From Octopus bimaculoides (Eukaryota), in NCBI RefSeq assembly GCF_001194135.2, contig NC_068982.1, forward strand, positions 130,574,506 through 130,623,965: 49,460 nucleotides of DNA, given 5' to 3'. Made by a program: the position numbers and the translations under genes. The notes beneath the pieces are model-generated. The model did not search any database and had not been told where the DNA came from. It saw only the letters and a list, made by a program, of their open reading frames with translations. Shown one piece after another: positions 25,007 to 38,332 of this stretch; within the stretch, counting starts at the first letter, position 1; each line of letters starts with the position of its first letter.

Positions 25007-25671
25007 TTTCTACTATAGGCCTGTATTGATTAAATTCATAAAAGTAGTAAATATCAAACTAGTAGCAAAGTGCTGTTAACTCTAAATATTTGTCTCCGGA
25101 AGCTGTGTTTGCAATATCCATGAAAAGCGAGTAATTTTGGCTTCCTACAAGATGAATGTGATGCCATAAAATACTATTTACAGTTTATTCCACTTCCAAA
25201 TCATAAATATTTTGTTGGATTTATGTTGAGCAAGCGTCGTTCATTATTAACTCTCAAAAACGCTTCATATTTCTGCTCTTTTACCAGAGACAACCAAAGA
25301 TTTAAATAATTAATATAAATGTCAAAACACACACCCTGTGTAAAGTACATCCTGTGATGATAAATATCTATGTGAGTGCGTGGCTACATATAGACATCGA
25401 CATACACTCTTCAAATATGTATGTAATAATATATATACATACACGCACACACAAATATATATACACATGTATGTATACACATGTATATATGTATGTGTAT
25501 GCTCACACACATACACACACAAACACACACATACACGTCTATACATACATCTATGCACCCACGTACGAAAGCCACGTATATGTTTGCTTGTATACATAAA
25601 CAACATATATGCATATGTATATATACGTACATACATACACACACACTCACTACTCATACACACACACACAA

Positions 25672-25707
<36 letters not shown>

Positions 25708-25729
25708 CGTCGTCGTAGGCCTCCGTCGG

Positions 25730-25803
<74 letters not shown>

Positions 25804-26576
25804 GTATACATACATACATATGTATATATGTGTGTGTGTATAATTATATTCGCACACATTTGAATATGTCTATATATACCTTTATACTTATATCATATCT
25901 TGTTCTGTAAGGTAAGAAATGCAAGCTTGTGTTTTTCTTAACTTCTATATACATTCTTAAATAATGAAACATATTCAGCAAAACAGAAGTAACCAGAATT
26001 ACGACACATTCTGAGTGATATAACTCAAAAACGAACGTGATGTTCTATAGTGCACTTGTCGTAACAGTACTGGAGTAAAAAATACAGGATACTTATGATT
26101 GACTTTACAGGAAATCCGTTCCCTTGACATCGAAATTAGATATATTTTATTATTAGTTGAAAGTTTTCACAGAACCAGAAGCATCAACTTAGAATTAATA
26201 TTGGTTCAGGAAACTTTTCAATGTCGTGGTTTTTTTTCTCGAAAATTTCTTCAAAAGTGGGAATGAAATTTTGAGCTGGATGTAGCGTAGTAAAGAAACA
26301 TTTGGCATTTGATGTTATACTATGCGACCTCGGAGAAGCTTGAGCAGGAGACACACTGTATCCTACAAAAAAGTAATTAATGATGCATATGCAACCAACG
26401 TACTTGAGAATGAGGCCAACATTGAATGGGAGAGCAACAGTTTTTAATTATTAACCCATATATCATGTCACATCTTTAGGGTTTGAAATCTAAGAACTAA
26501 CGGTTGTTATAAAATAAAAGGAATGCTGAACTCTCAAGGACATTTTGTATGACTGAAATTTAGTCAAAATACATGG

Positions 26577-26629
<53 letters not shown>

Positions 26630-26747
26630 TATATATATATATATATATATACNNNNNNNNNNNNNNNNNNNNNNNNNNNNNNNNNNNNNNNNNNNNNNNN
26701 NNNNNNNNNNNNNNNNNNNNNNNNNNNATATATATATATATATAAGT

Positions 26748-26908
26748 AGGCTTCCACACAGTTTCTCTCAATGAAATTCATTTATAAGGCATTAGTCGGG
26801 CAGCCTGTGGCTTGAGTGCAAGACTTTTGCCCAAGGTATCACGCAGTGGGCCTGAACACGAAATTAAGTGCCTACAAAGCAGTCTTAACCATACAGCCAA
26901 CCCAAGCC
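26748..26908 (-). mobile_element. SINE family A, diverged 5' part
   Basis: Plus strand GACTTTTGCCCAAGGTATCACGCAGTGGGCCTGAAC matches the copy at 67-227. Confidence 0.75.
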
Positions 26909-28795
26909 TATATATGTACAATATTCTAATAAAATACTGATACATTTATATAGAGCATTGGTGCAATCTTTCAATCATTATTTCAAATAAATGTAAATTG
27001 AAAAAGAGAAAAATGGGGAAAAATACACTGAATAATGTAGTTCCTAAAACGATATGACGGTCACGCTGGGATGCTTTTGAATGTAGACCTATCGAACAGT
27101 TCCGACCTGAGGCTAAATAATGCATAAGAACCCCCGATATAGTACCTGCGACCAAAAACAGAAAACTTAGACTGTGGCAGAAATCATCTTTCAAGCGGAT
27201 ATAAATATCTAATCCAAAGAAAAATTTTCACTGAAAAATTTCGCGAGTTAAAATAAAGAAAACTCATATATATTATTTATCTTTTGCTTTAACGACATAC
27301 ATTTCAAATTATTTATAATTTTCAATAATCAGATAACTCTGTTGCTCAGAGATCGTAGATATGCTTTATAAATGAATATAACTACATCAAACTGTTAATG
27401 TTTGATGTTGTATTTAAAGTAAGCAAACACCATAAAAATTTTGAAAGATGGCAAAATGGAAAAGAGATTATTGCAAGGAATTTCTTTGATCAATTGGATT
27501 TACTTTTCTATTAACGTCTTATATTTGGTATCGCATATAAACAAACACACAATAATTTTAGCGAATCTCAGAGTCGCACATTTTAACATACAAATAATTT
27601 TAGTTGCCTATTGAAAACTGTTTTTATAATTACGTGTATCTAAAAGAGGTTTATTTACACAAATAAATCGACTTAAAGTTATTTAAGACTGAGAAGAAAT
27701 TTATGCAGTTTTAATTATCTTTCTTTTCTCCTTTTAAAAATAAAAATTTCTCGAAAAATCATATTGTTGCAGAATAAAATGACAGGAAATAAATAACAAG
27801 CATGAAATATTTTCCAATAAATATAATATATTGTTAGGCTAAAAACGGTTATTAGAAAGCTATTTCCGTAAATCAGTATCAGAAAATCCATTTTCAGTGA
27901 TAATTTATGTCCTGATTATTTTTTAGATTAATATGAGTGTTGAGAGTTTTCGTGGACAGGAAATTGAAAGCTTTCTTATTCACTACATTGCAAAATCGGG
28001 TCTTCCAGAATGTATGTCTATTTTGCGATACTGATCACATTTTAAATCCTGGTGTCAAGATTGCTCATACAAACAATTTATGGACACTTTGTCATTTATC
28101 CAAAATGGAAACGAATAAGTAAACGCAGCCATGGTATTAAATCCTAAATGGTTAAAATAAAAAGTATTAAAAGTTTAAAAAAGAATTATACAATGTAATT
28201 TTAAAGTTTAAAATATATACACTTTTAACGATTATAAATTTGTACTTCATATTTTCCTTTTAAATGATCAGCAATATGAAACGTAAAAAAAATTCTACTG
28301 AGACTCTCTTGTGTTCTTATGTTCAAAGCATCCCAATGTGCGCCGCACATTCAGAAAGGGTTTAAAAACATTTGTTGGTAAAAATAAACTATTACCGGTT
28401 ACTCTTTCTCCTTTTAGCTGTAATACAATGTATTATCATTCATCACACTGGTTAATTAGTTTCTCCTCAATAGTTCTGCAAGCGTTAAGAATTGGGCTAA
28501 GCTTCCACATTTCAATTTCGACAATGGTATAAATCTAACAAACTAACAACACTTTGGAACCCGATGAAGAGATTCTAATGGAAAACTGTTTTAATTTAAA
28601 TAGTGGAAAAAAATATTACAAAAACGTTTGAGATAACATTGCACTAATCCTGTATTATAAGCATTTACTATAGATGTAGAGATAGTTGTTGAAAAATAAT
28701 CTCTTTTATAAACAGATTTAATTTTAACTTCCTTGTCATTATATTCTGTTTATCTTTCATGTAATTTAAATATTTTGTCGTTTCCTTATTTACAG

Positions 28796-28833
28796 ACCTA
28801 CTACAACTAGTCACTAGAACTTTATTTCCCTTG
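28796..28833 (+). other. Candidate 38-nt exon
   Basis: Pyrimidine-rich acceptor tttccttatttacag| and donor TTG|gtaaga. One frame is open (xLLQLVTRTLFPL). No homology recognised. Confidence 0.25.
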
Positions 28834-29427
28834 GTAAGAACTTCTGTATCCGGTTCCTGGCCTAAATTAGTTAAACTGTCTGCAAGTTGGAATCCTTAAT
28901 AACTTCTAGTCAGTTATAGTGAATTTATAGAAAAGATGTGTGTACGTATCTTTTATTCTCACCTTTAAATTTTTTGTTCTTAAGATTGTACCAACATCAA
29001 ATAAGTTTACTACTAAAAGTGACTTTTTATATTTTGGTTGTATATAATATTTGACATTTAAAATTTATCTAATGTAACATTTCAAATGACATTTTTCGTG
29101 TTTAAATTTTTTTTAATTAATCACTATTTCCTCTATTGTGCACTCTCTGAATGGGCACATATCAGCACGTTACATATATGTATCATTAATATACATTTTT
29201 CAAATAAATATTGTAAATAGCGCGAGGATAATCAAAGCGAGTTGATGTTCATGTAAAAAGGGAGGATGGTGCAATAAGCATGCCGCTCGTGTGTACTGTT
29301 GCATAGATCATAATTAGGGATCTTCTACGTGGTAGGTTAATTTAACTATAAATAATGGACACTCCTCTGTCAAATTTCTCGTTACCACCTGAGAAAATAA
29401 CTCATTAAATTATTCCACATTTTATTA

Positions 29428-29577
29428 CAAGGCCAGCAACTGTAGATGACGGAGTTTATCCTATTGCAGTGCCTATAGTACTTAATTGGTACTTTATTTT
29501 ATCGACCCCAAAATGACGAAAAGCAAAGCTGACATCGGCGGAATTTAAACTCAGAGCTTAAGGAGACAGAATAAATG
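29428..29577 (-). mobile_element. SINE family B, inverted partner of the adjacent copy
   Basis: Reverse complement contains CTCTGAGTTTAAATTCCGCCGATGTCAGCTTTGCTTTTCGTCATTTTGGGGTCGATAAAATAAAGTACC. Confidence 0.8.
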
Positions 29578-29723
29578 TTCTGAGTTCAAATTCCGCCGAT
29601 GTCGACTTTGCCTTTCATCCTTTCGGGGTCGATAAATTAAGTATCAGTTATGCACTGGGGTAGATGTAATCGACTTAGCGCCTACCCTGAAGTTGCTAGC
29701 CTAGTGCCCAAATCTAAAATCAA
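29577..29723 (+). mobile_element. 5'-truncated SINE family B
   Basis: GTTCTGAGTTCAAATTCCGCCGATGTCGACTTTGCCTTTCATCCTTTCGGGGTCGATAAATTAAG. Confidence 0.88.
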
Positions 29724-29738
29724 TATTATTTCTATAAC

Positions 29739-29947
29739 AAACTGGCTGAATCGTTAGCAGTCCGGAAAAATGCTTAGTGGCATTTCATCCGTCTTTATGT
29801 TCTGAGTTCAAATTCCGCCATGGACGCCTTTGCGTTTTATCGTTTCGGGGTCGATAAAATAAGTATCAATTGTACACTGACGTTGATTTACTCAACTTAG
29901 CCACCACCACCCGAATTTGCTGCCCTTGTGCTAAAATTTGAAACCAG
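29739..29947 (+). mobile_element. SINE family B with 15-bp TSD
   Basis: TSD TATTATTTCTATAAC at 29724-29738 and 29948-29962. Confidence 0.88.
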
Positions 29948-30144
29948 TATTATTTCTATAACTAATTCATTTTAATTATACCAGGAAATACTTCATCTCC
30001 ATCAATTGTACATATTCTATAGTTCAAGTGAGACTTACAATTAGTATTTCTCTGTAACTGCTCGATTGATTAATATAAAATCACACAGAAACACGCTTTA
30101 CAGTGAACTATTGCCTTTTCCCACTTTTTCTATTGCTACTAAAA

Positions 30145-30350
30145 TGGATTCTATTCCTTGAAAATCGATCCCGTCCTACTCATGCACTCCCAGGCTGCTT
30201 GTCTTTCTTCTTCTAATAATCTTTGCCGTGCCTAACGCCCGAGACCCTCACTAACCAATACATCCAGTCGTGCCTTCTTAGAACATCGGCCTTCTGAATT
30301 TATCCAGTCCCTGCTCATGCCGTTTCTGCAAGTTTCGACATGCAGCAGTT
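30145..30350 (-). mobile_element. Possible decayed retroelement fragment (REL-type C-terminus?)
   Basis: Only a weak ALGTAKII motif amid stop codons. Confidence 0.25.
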
Positions 30351-30496
30351 TAAGAGAAAAGTTAACTGCAACATTTTCTACGTTTTTGGACCCGAAAGAG
30401 CCATGCGCACTAACCCTTTCGTCAAACCCAGCAAATAATAAAAAAACAATTTTTGAAAAAGTTTAGATATAGTAAACTTAGTCGAAAGTTATTTGT

Positions 30497-30527
<31 letters not shown>

Positions 30528-31989
30528 TGAAATGTGAACCAGCTTTGATTTTCGGTGGCAATTTTCATTTCAATTTGAGAAAGGTATGAACATCGTCGGG
30601 TGCTGTTCCTGTCTTTATCCCAAATATACTGCCATGTACTTCGTTAAAAGAAAATTATTATAACATACCCAACCAGTAATCACTAAAGCACTATACAGTA
30701 GGTACAAATTTTTAGCTAACCTGTATAAATTCTTCTCAGAACTATTTCACTTCACTCTCGTTGTTAATGAATACTCTTGAGAATGATGTGAACTTTTTCT
30801 CCCTTAAAAATCTGAATCATTGAGCCTATATGGAACCTAACGAAGATTATATTGAAACAGATATTATTTATTTTTGTCTGTGTACATAAGTATTCTTCCA
30901 TCTGAGGATCAAATTCACGTCTGTGTATTTATATAATGAGGAAACGACCAAGTGTTATTCGATATTTACTGTATATCGTGTGGGAGACATTTACTGTTTC
31001 AATTCTCGGCTCGTAAATTATATACACTCTAAAATATAATTTATTTTACAAACGAAAAATTGACAATAAGTAAATAAAGACGATAGTCTGAGGAAGCGGA
31101 TATATTATACGACAGATTGCAATTGAAACTGCATCTATAAAAAAATGTCCAAAGCGTATGAAAATCCATTTTGTCGTTTCATTTGAATCTAGGATATAGG
31201 AATTTAGGTAGTTATCAGAAGTTGTTCTCCACCCCCACAAGGGAGAGTTAAGAGCCATGAATGCTGCAGTGAACAATAGATTTAATTTAAGCTTACTACA
31301 GCTACCACTGTTGCTACCAAAGAGTATTATTACCCTTGGACCCATGGGGTTCTTGAGTAACTGTCCAATGAGCACATGCTTTAAAACGGCCTTAAGTATC
31401 CAGGTGGTGAAAGAAAGTAATGAAACACTAGGATAGACCTACTGTTTCTAACTATAATTAATATTTTTAAGAGACTACCGAAAACGAATATCAGATTTGT
31501 TTCCTGTTGATTTTTAAATCTTGATAATTATGTTAGCAGAGTAAGCAGACGAGAATCAAACATAGGTACACAAGCACCGAGCGGTATAGATAAATAAACA
31601 AAAGCACTTATATTTCTAGAATTGTTCAGTTACTACAGTTTCATCTAGAATCAACTCCTTCTCAGCAACCGGAAAATAATCTACCTTATAAACTGCTGCA
31701 TGTAGCAGAATTATTAAGATACCTGTCTTTCAAACATTGAATAATTAATTTACATATAATAGCGGCGCTTTTTTTATCAGTGTCTTTTACCGTAAACTAA
31801 TTAAAGTAGTTAATTAGATTTACCTGCGAACTGAGAGAATATAGTTCATCACAAGAATGGTTCTTCAGATTTCTAAGTTGGAGAAACCTACAATTGACAA
31901 AAATCATATCTAGAGAAGAAATGCGTCTCATCATGCCTATTTATGTAGTAAGGTGTATGAAGAAACGATTAGAATCAAGGTCAGACTGA

Positions 31990-33670
31990 AAAATGCAAAG
32001 TTGTGTAGATTTCTCCTTCATTATAAACAGAATTTGTTTTCACAAGAGAATTCTTTATTACTGACAAGGGCTCAACATAGAGGAGACAATACAAGGTGGG
32101 GGACAAAAAGAAAAAACAAACGAATGTAAAAGATGAATAAAATAATGGATAAAAATGAAAAAGGAAATGAAGCCGTTCGATCCCACCTCCGAGCGACTTC
32201 ATTTAACCTGTTAGTACGACTTTAAAACATGGTTAATCTTCATCCTTCTGAAGAATGTCTATATTATAATCCTCGCGAGGATCACGATAATCTATTCACT
32301 TTGGTAACTGGCTGGTGTCAATTTTTTTGACCCAGTATTCATAGTCCTTATCGTAGTCTTTTATTCTTGACAATTGTTCCAAGTTTGCCACCACACAATG
32401 GTATCACCATGGTAATCTGGAAAATACTGCCGTATTTACTTTTATTATATTGTCTCACGTGTCTATTTCATCGTAATGTTCTCTATTTGTTCCGTCATAT
32501 ATTACAACGTATTTTTTCTTGTGTTTGTTTTGTGCCGGTGGAGTGTGGAGAGGGTTGGTTTCTGTAGGGGTGATGGGGCAGAGTGGGTGTGGGTGGGAGT
32601 CCGTGGGTGTGGGATGAGGGTCAACATTCGCAGGGTGTGCATTTTTCTCTTTCTTCTCTTTCAACCAGCCTTTTCTCATTAATTCCCTTCGTTGTTCACC
32701 TCTTCTTCTTTGGCACTTGTATTGTCTTTCGTCGGCGCGGAAGGTGCGGCTTCCTCCCTGCTTACGGACTTTTCTTTAGACTTTACGGACGGTGGAGGAC
32801 AGTCCGCTCTAATGTGGCCTTTCAAGCCACATTTGTAGCATCGCGGGGTCCTGCCGACCACTCTGACCCTGAGTGTCATATCTATGGTGATAGTCTCCAC
32901 TATGCTTTCGAGGTCCTCCGGGGCCGTCTGGATTATCGTGTTCAGGCTCTGCCCTTGCCAGTTCTTGTGCACCGTTCTTGTGGCTTGGAGGACCACTATC
33001 TTTTCTTCGTTGTCCAGTAGTACGGCAGCTACTAGCCAGGCTACATCAATTTCAGGGGGCATATCTTCTACCCTAACCCTGGAAGATTGTCTCCCAATGT
33101 ATATCGGTAAAGGTACCACTTCTTCCGTCTTTAAGGGTGCTGCCGAGTGTAGCCTAGCAGTAGCTACCTCACGGAACTGCACCTCCACCGTTCCAAACTT
33201 CCTTCCTCTGGCAAGGTAAGAAATCCCTTGCCAGATTGGTTTTAAAGCTTTTTCGACTTGCATGGTCGTCCTTGTTTCTATTTTCTTTGTTTTTACAGAG
33301 TATGTCCTGAATATGATAGTTGTCTCCTTGGTTGCCTTTAAAACGTCTTTGGGAAGGGACACCTTTACATCTCACCCCTCCTTACGAAGCATGTTCTTAT
33401 ATTTGCTTAGTTCCGATAATTTGATTTCGATGCTGTGGCTCTTGGTCACTGACGCAAAATTTCTTTCCTTCTCCTCCAATTGTTCCTCCATTGCATTCAC
33501 AGCCCTCAGTAGTTCCCCCTCGAAAGACGTAAGCTCCGAAGAGCTGAAGTTTTCATACTCCATCTTTCGAAGAAGAGGGGAAGCGTCAACAGACTGCCGT
33601 AAGACAGTAAAACAAAGTGTTTAAAAAACACGAAATCAACAACAATCAACAAATTTCGACTTACATGACT
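31990..33670 (-). mobile_element. L1/Tx1-type LINE: 5' UTR, disrupted ORF1 and a small ORF2 remnant (internally deleted)
   Basis: Coiled-coil N-terminal ORF 33372-33563, ORF 32679-33362 with a CCHC knuckle, Pro-rich tail 32455-32679, and RT-like LSPTLYCLLYVEPL near 32065-32105. Confidence 0.75.
32679..33362 (-). pseudogene. LINE ORF1 (gag-like) central segment with zinc knuckle CYKCGLKGHIRADC
   Basis: 227-aa open stretch with a CX2CX4HX4C motif; broken from its upstream and downstream segments. Confidence 0.8.
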
Positions 33671-34025
33671 TCAACTGAAGTACATTAATGAAAGTAATCC
33701 ATAAGTGTAAAAGCATATACTCGTAAAGGGACAAGTCGTTCACAAGCGTTACAATACGGCTGCAGAGCCTAATTTAGTTTATAAACAGAATTACTGAACG
33801 GGTACCAGATCATCCTGGACTGTCAGCCGTAACCTATCTACTTAAAGCCAAGAAAAATAATATCGGTCCTCATGAGTCCTTTCAGGCTCATGGAGGAATT
33901 TATATTTGTCTGCTATTTTAAAAAGATTGAACTGTAAAGCAATGCAACGTTATTAAGGATATTATGCCGCTTATAAACGTTTACTTACAGTAATTCATAT
34001 CCCTTAATATCTATACACACATTCA

Positions 34026-34116
<91 letters not shown>

Positions 34117-34166
34117 GTGTGTGTGTTTGTGTGTGTGTGCGTGTGTATGTGTGTGTATGTATGTGC

Positions 34167-34240
<74 letters not shown>

Positions 34241-35041
34241 TTCTGAATATTTACATTAGTATGGAGAAAGTCCGTGTTTGTATATTTAGCTTCGCAATTA
34301 CGAGGTTTCGCATCTAATCGCACTGTGCGGCAGCCTGAAAACGTTTCCAGTGAGACAGACTGAAACTATCGAGACCATGCCTGTTTTATAATGGCTGACG
34401 AAATGTGCCACGTGGTTTTAAAAATGCACTACCATCTTGTCTGCAGCCTACTTTGTTGCAAATATTCGAACTAGGTCAAGTAAAGTTTTGAGGATATCTT
34501 TATATTTTCCTTCAACCAGTCTTGGAGATCCTGTTAAGGGTCATGAACTTAACTTTACTCATCTGACCACGCCGATTAAAAGTAGTTTAATGGTCGAAAG
34601 CAGAATCCGTATCGCATTGAACTGAATACCTGCAGTGTTTAGTTACTCTATATCGTGAATGTTATCCCTGCCAGAAAACAGTTTGCTTTACATCCTTTTA
34701 GATCGATAAAATATGTCCCAGTAATGTACCGAAGTCAACATAATTAATTATAGTCTTGCTCCAATATTTTTAACCCTCTGCTAAGTTAAAAGTAAAAATA
34801 ATTATTATCCAAGTAATGCACAGAAAGGACACCAGCCAAAAAAATTTGACTGGTAGAATCTGCTTGCATCTCAAATTTAAAAAAGAAGTCACTGGAGCAA
34901 ATTTTACATAATGAACATATCATGTATAATGAACATATACGTATCTACAAATATTACCAATGTACCCTGAGATCAATTATGTCGGAAAAGATGTGATTAA
35001 CGTACTTAGTTGAATGGGACAAAATAACAATAAGAACTTAC

Positions 35042-35107
35042 ACCACCGATATGATGTGGACATTCACGACTCGTCTGGTTCAGACTGCTATCCGCTGTGC
35101 ACACCAT
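35042..35107 (-). other. Candidate 66-nt phase-0/0 exon (MVCTADSSLNQTSRECPHHIGG)
   Basis: ctgcttatag| acceptor (weak pyrimidine tract) and strong donor GGT|gtaagt. Only one frame is open and length is divisible by 3. Confidence 0.28.
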
Positions 35108-36329
35108 CTATAAGCAGTACTATCTTTAACTTAATGAATATTCTATATAAATACGTTCTAGCTGACTCTCTGGGGTTTGTATAAATCATTGGCGAATTCA
35201 TAAAATCGTCCAATACAATTACAACTAACTGAAATAATCAACTATTTCCATTTTACCACAACACAAAGATAGTATACGATTCTGTCTCCCGCATTAATTA
35301 TGGAGAGGAATGTATCCAAGAATGTTTCTAGATACAGGAAACCACATTGACTGTAAATTACGGCTAATATACACAGGCCGTGTGTATACGGCCTGGAAAC
35401 GAGTCACCCGAACGAGACGCAAATCTCATAATCAGCCTGGTTTATGAGTGGCCGTGAGCTGGAATTCGTAGTTTCATTAACAAATACCACATCTATATCA
35501 AGTGACTTGAGGTCATGTTGGAGATTATCAGTGTCTAGAAGTCTCTCCCAAGTTACGCACATTTATAGCCCCATCCCCGAGTAAATCAGGAAGAAGAAAA
35601 CGGGAACTTACCCAGGGTTTGTTTTTTTAGATATCCTAGTTTCCTCTGAAGGAAGCACCCTACACACCATATCCCCTGATGTCTTTATCATTGTGTATAC
35701 ATGATTTTTTTAATGTTTTTGGTATTGATATTATTGCTGTCACTCTTGTTTGTTGTAATATTGCTGTTCTTATTGTCATTGTATTCGAGTTATTAACGTT
35801 TTTATTGTAGGACTGCAATAGTTACCTTTTATTGGTGTTGTTGTTTAAACCCAGACCTTTTATGAACGAGTAGATCTATGATCAGAGACTTGTTTTAGTT
35901 CTTGACATTCCTTCCGCCTTCGTCGACATCATTTATATTATTCACTATAGTATCTCGATTATTTGCAGTGTTTCTGTCTCTCTTCTCATTATTCTTGTAA
36001 TTTACTCTTACTACAACTTCCGTAGCTATTTCAAAAGGTGTTGTTTGCCTTGTCGGCAAATGACAAATAAAATTCGAGTATCGTCCCCAACAGATAGGGG
36101 TAAGGGTGGATGGGAGTCATTCTAGATTTAAAATAATGCTCTGGTTATAAATTCATTGAAGCAATAAAAGGGAACTGACAGGCTCTGGATGTAAATTATT
36201 TATCAGCGTTATAACAGTAGCTTTCCTTTGAAAGTCCAAGTAAACAGATATAAATAATAACGGTTTCTAATTTTCTAATTTTATTAAAGAACAACAGTAT
36301 AGCAGTATTAAAGATAATGAGTAGTCGAT

Positions 36330-36905
36330 TAAATCAGATCATGACTTGTATTTTAATCTACCAATTCTGGAAGGATGAAAGGTGAAGTTGACCTCAGTGA
36401 GACTTGAACTCAGCACATAAAGACCCGGAAGAAATACGACAAAGCATTTTGTCCGACGCTGTGACAGTTCTTCCAGCAAAACTTTCTTAATACTAAAGGT
36501 TTCTTATTTAGGGACGAGGACAGCAATTTTGAGGTGAGTTAGTCGATGATATCAACCACAATACTTGACTGGTATTTTATCATTCCTAAAGATGAAAGGC
36601 AAAGTTAATGTCGATGGTATTTGAACAAAAGAAAAAAGTAGGCGGAACAAATATTGCAAGGTATGTTTCCCATGCTCTAATGATTCTGTCAACTCACCAA
36701 CCTAATAATTATAGTTTCTTCCGGAGACAGGCTTTCTGAGCAGTAACAGTCAACTAATTCCAACTCAGCTTTATTTTATCACTCCCGGAAAAACATGAAA
36801 GGCTAAATTAAACCAGCGGATTTAAACGCAGAACATAAAAAATAGTAACAAATGCCGCACAGATTTTTTGCCCCAATGCTCTAACGATTTTTCCAATCCA
36901 CCGTC
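36330..36905 (-). mobile_element. Three old head-to-tail SINE family B copies
   Basis: GATGAAAGG..AAGTT.AC/AT..TTGAAC-like blocks followed by head remnants at about 36330-36480, 36505-36698 and 36712-36905. Confidence 0.7.
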
Positions 36906-37997
36906 TTTGTCTAACATAGCTACAATGCTAGAAATTCGAGAAAGTGACTTACTCAATTAAATAGACCTAAGTGATTGAAGACTACTAATAATGTAGAAAA
37001 GAAAGAATGATTATCAACGTTTAGTATAGTGATCCTTCGTCACGTCAGATGGAAGAAGGTAAATAGTGGAAAGAAAGAAAGAAGCGAAGCAAAAATTAAA
37101 AGGTATTTTTCAGGGGCTTGCCTGTTTGTGTAGAAAATATAAAGTAAGAATCCGTTTAAGAAAAGTGAAGAATAAGAGAAGAATGCATGACAAGCGAGAG
37201 TTGGAGTGTAGGAACAGATGGTTGAGTGAAGGTGGTGTATTTAAAGGAAGCGGTCTAAACGATTAAGAAAATAAGTTAATCAATTAAAATAGACCGTTCT
37301 TTCCGCATTTGTTACATGAACCTTGTCTCGGTCCGAATTGAACCCGTAATAACATTAAACGGAGCTGCCTAACTTGTGAAGTGCTTATTCGACATTTCTA
37401 TAGGGTACAAAGGATAAAAGTTCCATTATTAACGGATAGAATTTCTGTTGTTATTTACCGGGCATGGGACCTCAAAATATAATTGAAATAGTGCCATAAA
37501 TTTACATGATCCCTTTCGGCATCTCCTTATACTATATCTGCAATTATGCCTACTATTTAGAGCCTAAATGAGAACAAGAATATGAATAATAAAATGTGTA
37601 TCGAATTTATCAGCGAGTCTAATTTCTTGGTAGACTGCTTTGTCTAATACAGTAAAAAGGTGGAATATTTTTGACAAGTCATGTTATCAGTTAATCACGG
37701 CAGTCGGGCGTATCTAAACACTCATATTAACCTTTGCTACACCAACATTCTCCACGAAACACTGTCTAGCTACTAACATATGTCATATACACATTCATAT
37801 GCTAGTGTGTGCACACATAGACCCCGCACACACAAGTTCATACACACACTCATGTATAAACATACACAACACACGCAGACACACACATAGACATATATTC
37901 TTAACCTTTATTTCTTTGCTTTGGTGTGCCTGTGTGTGTGCGCGCGCGTAAATATACATACATATACATATCTACATACATATATATACACATATAC

Positions 37998-38087
<90 letters not shown>

Positions 38088-38138
38088 CCATTTATATATA
38101 TATATACACATATATATACACATATATACACATACTCA

Positions 38139-38190
38139 CGGTGGTGCACCAGCATGACCGCAGCCACTTGGCTGAAACACATAAATAAAT
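38139..38190 (+). mobile_element. SINE family A 3' terminal fragment
   Basis: CGGTGGTGCACCAGCATGACCGCAGCCACTTGGCTGAAAC matches the 3' end of the copy at 43160-43219. Confidence 0.6.
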
Positions 38191-38287
38191 AAATAAATAA
38201 ATATATGTACATACATATATAAATATACACATATTTATATATATAAATACACACACACACATATATGTAAATATGTAAATAAACGCG

Positions 38288-38332
<45 letters not shown>

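Noticed and set aside
24384-25079. Poly-Asn and poly-Ile ORFs
   Set aside because: They are translations of the (AAT)n array.
31046-31436. Overlapping open frames on both strands (109 aa minus, about 76 aa plus)
   Set aside because: No motifs, no good splice sites, and length within chance expectation.
31630-31670. Second hammerhead/Penelope-like motif on the minus strand (CTGAGAAGGAG..GAAACTGTA)
   Set aside because: The core lacks G8 and stems I and II do not pair properly; too degenerate to support.
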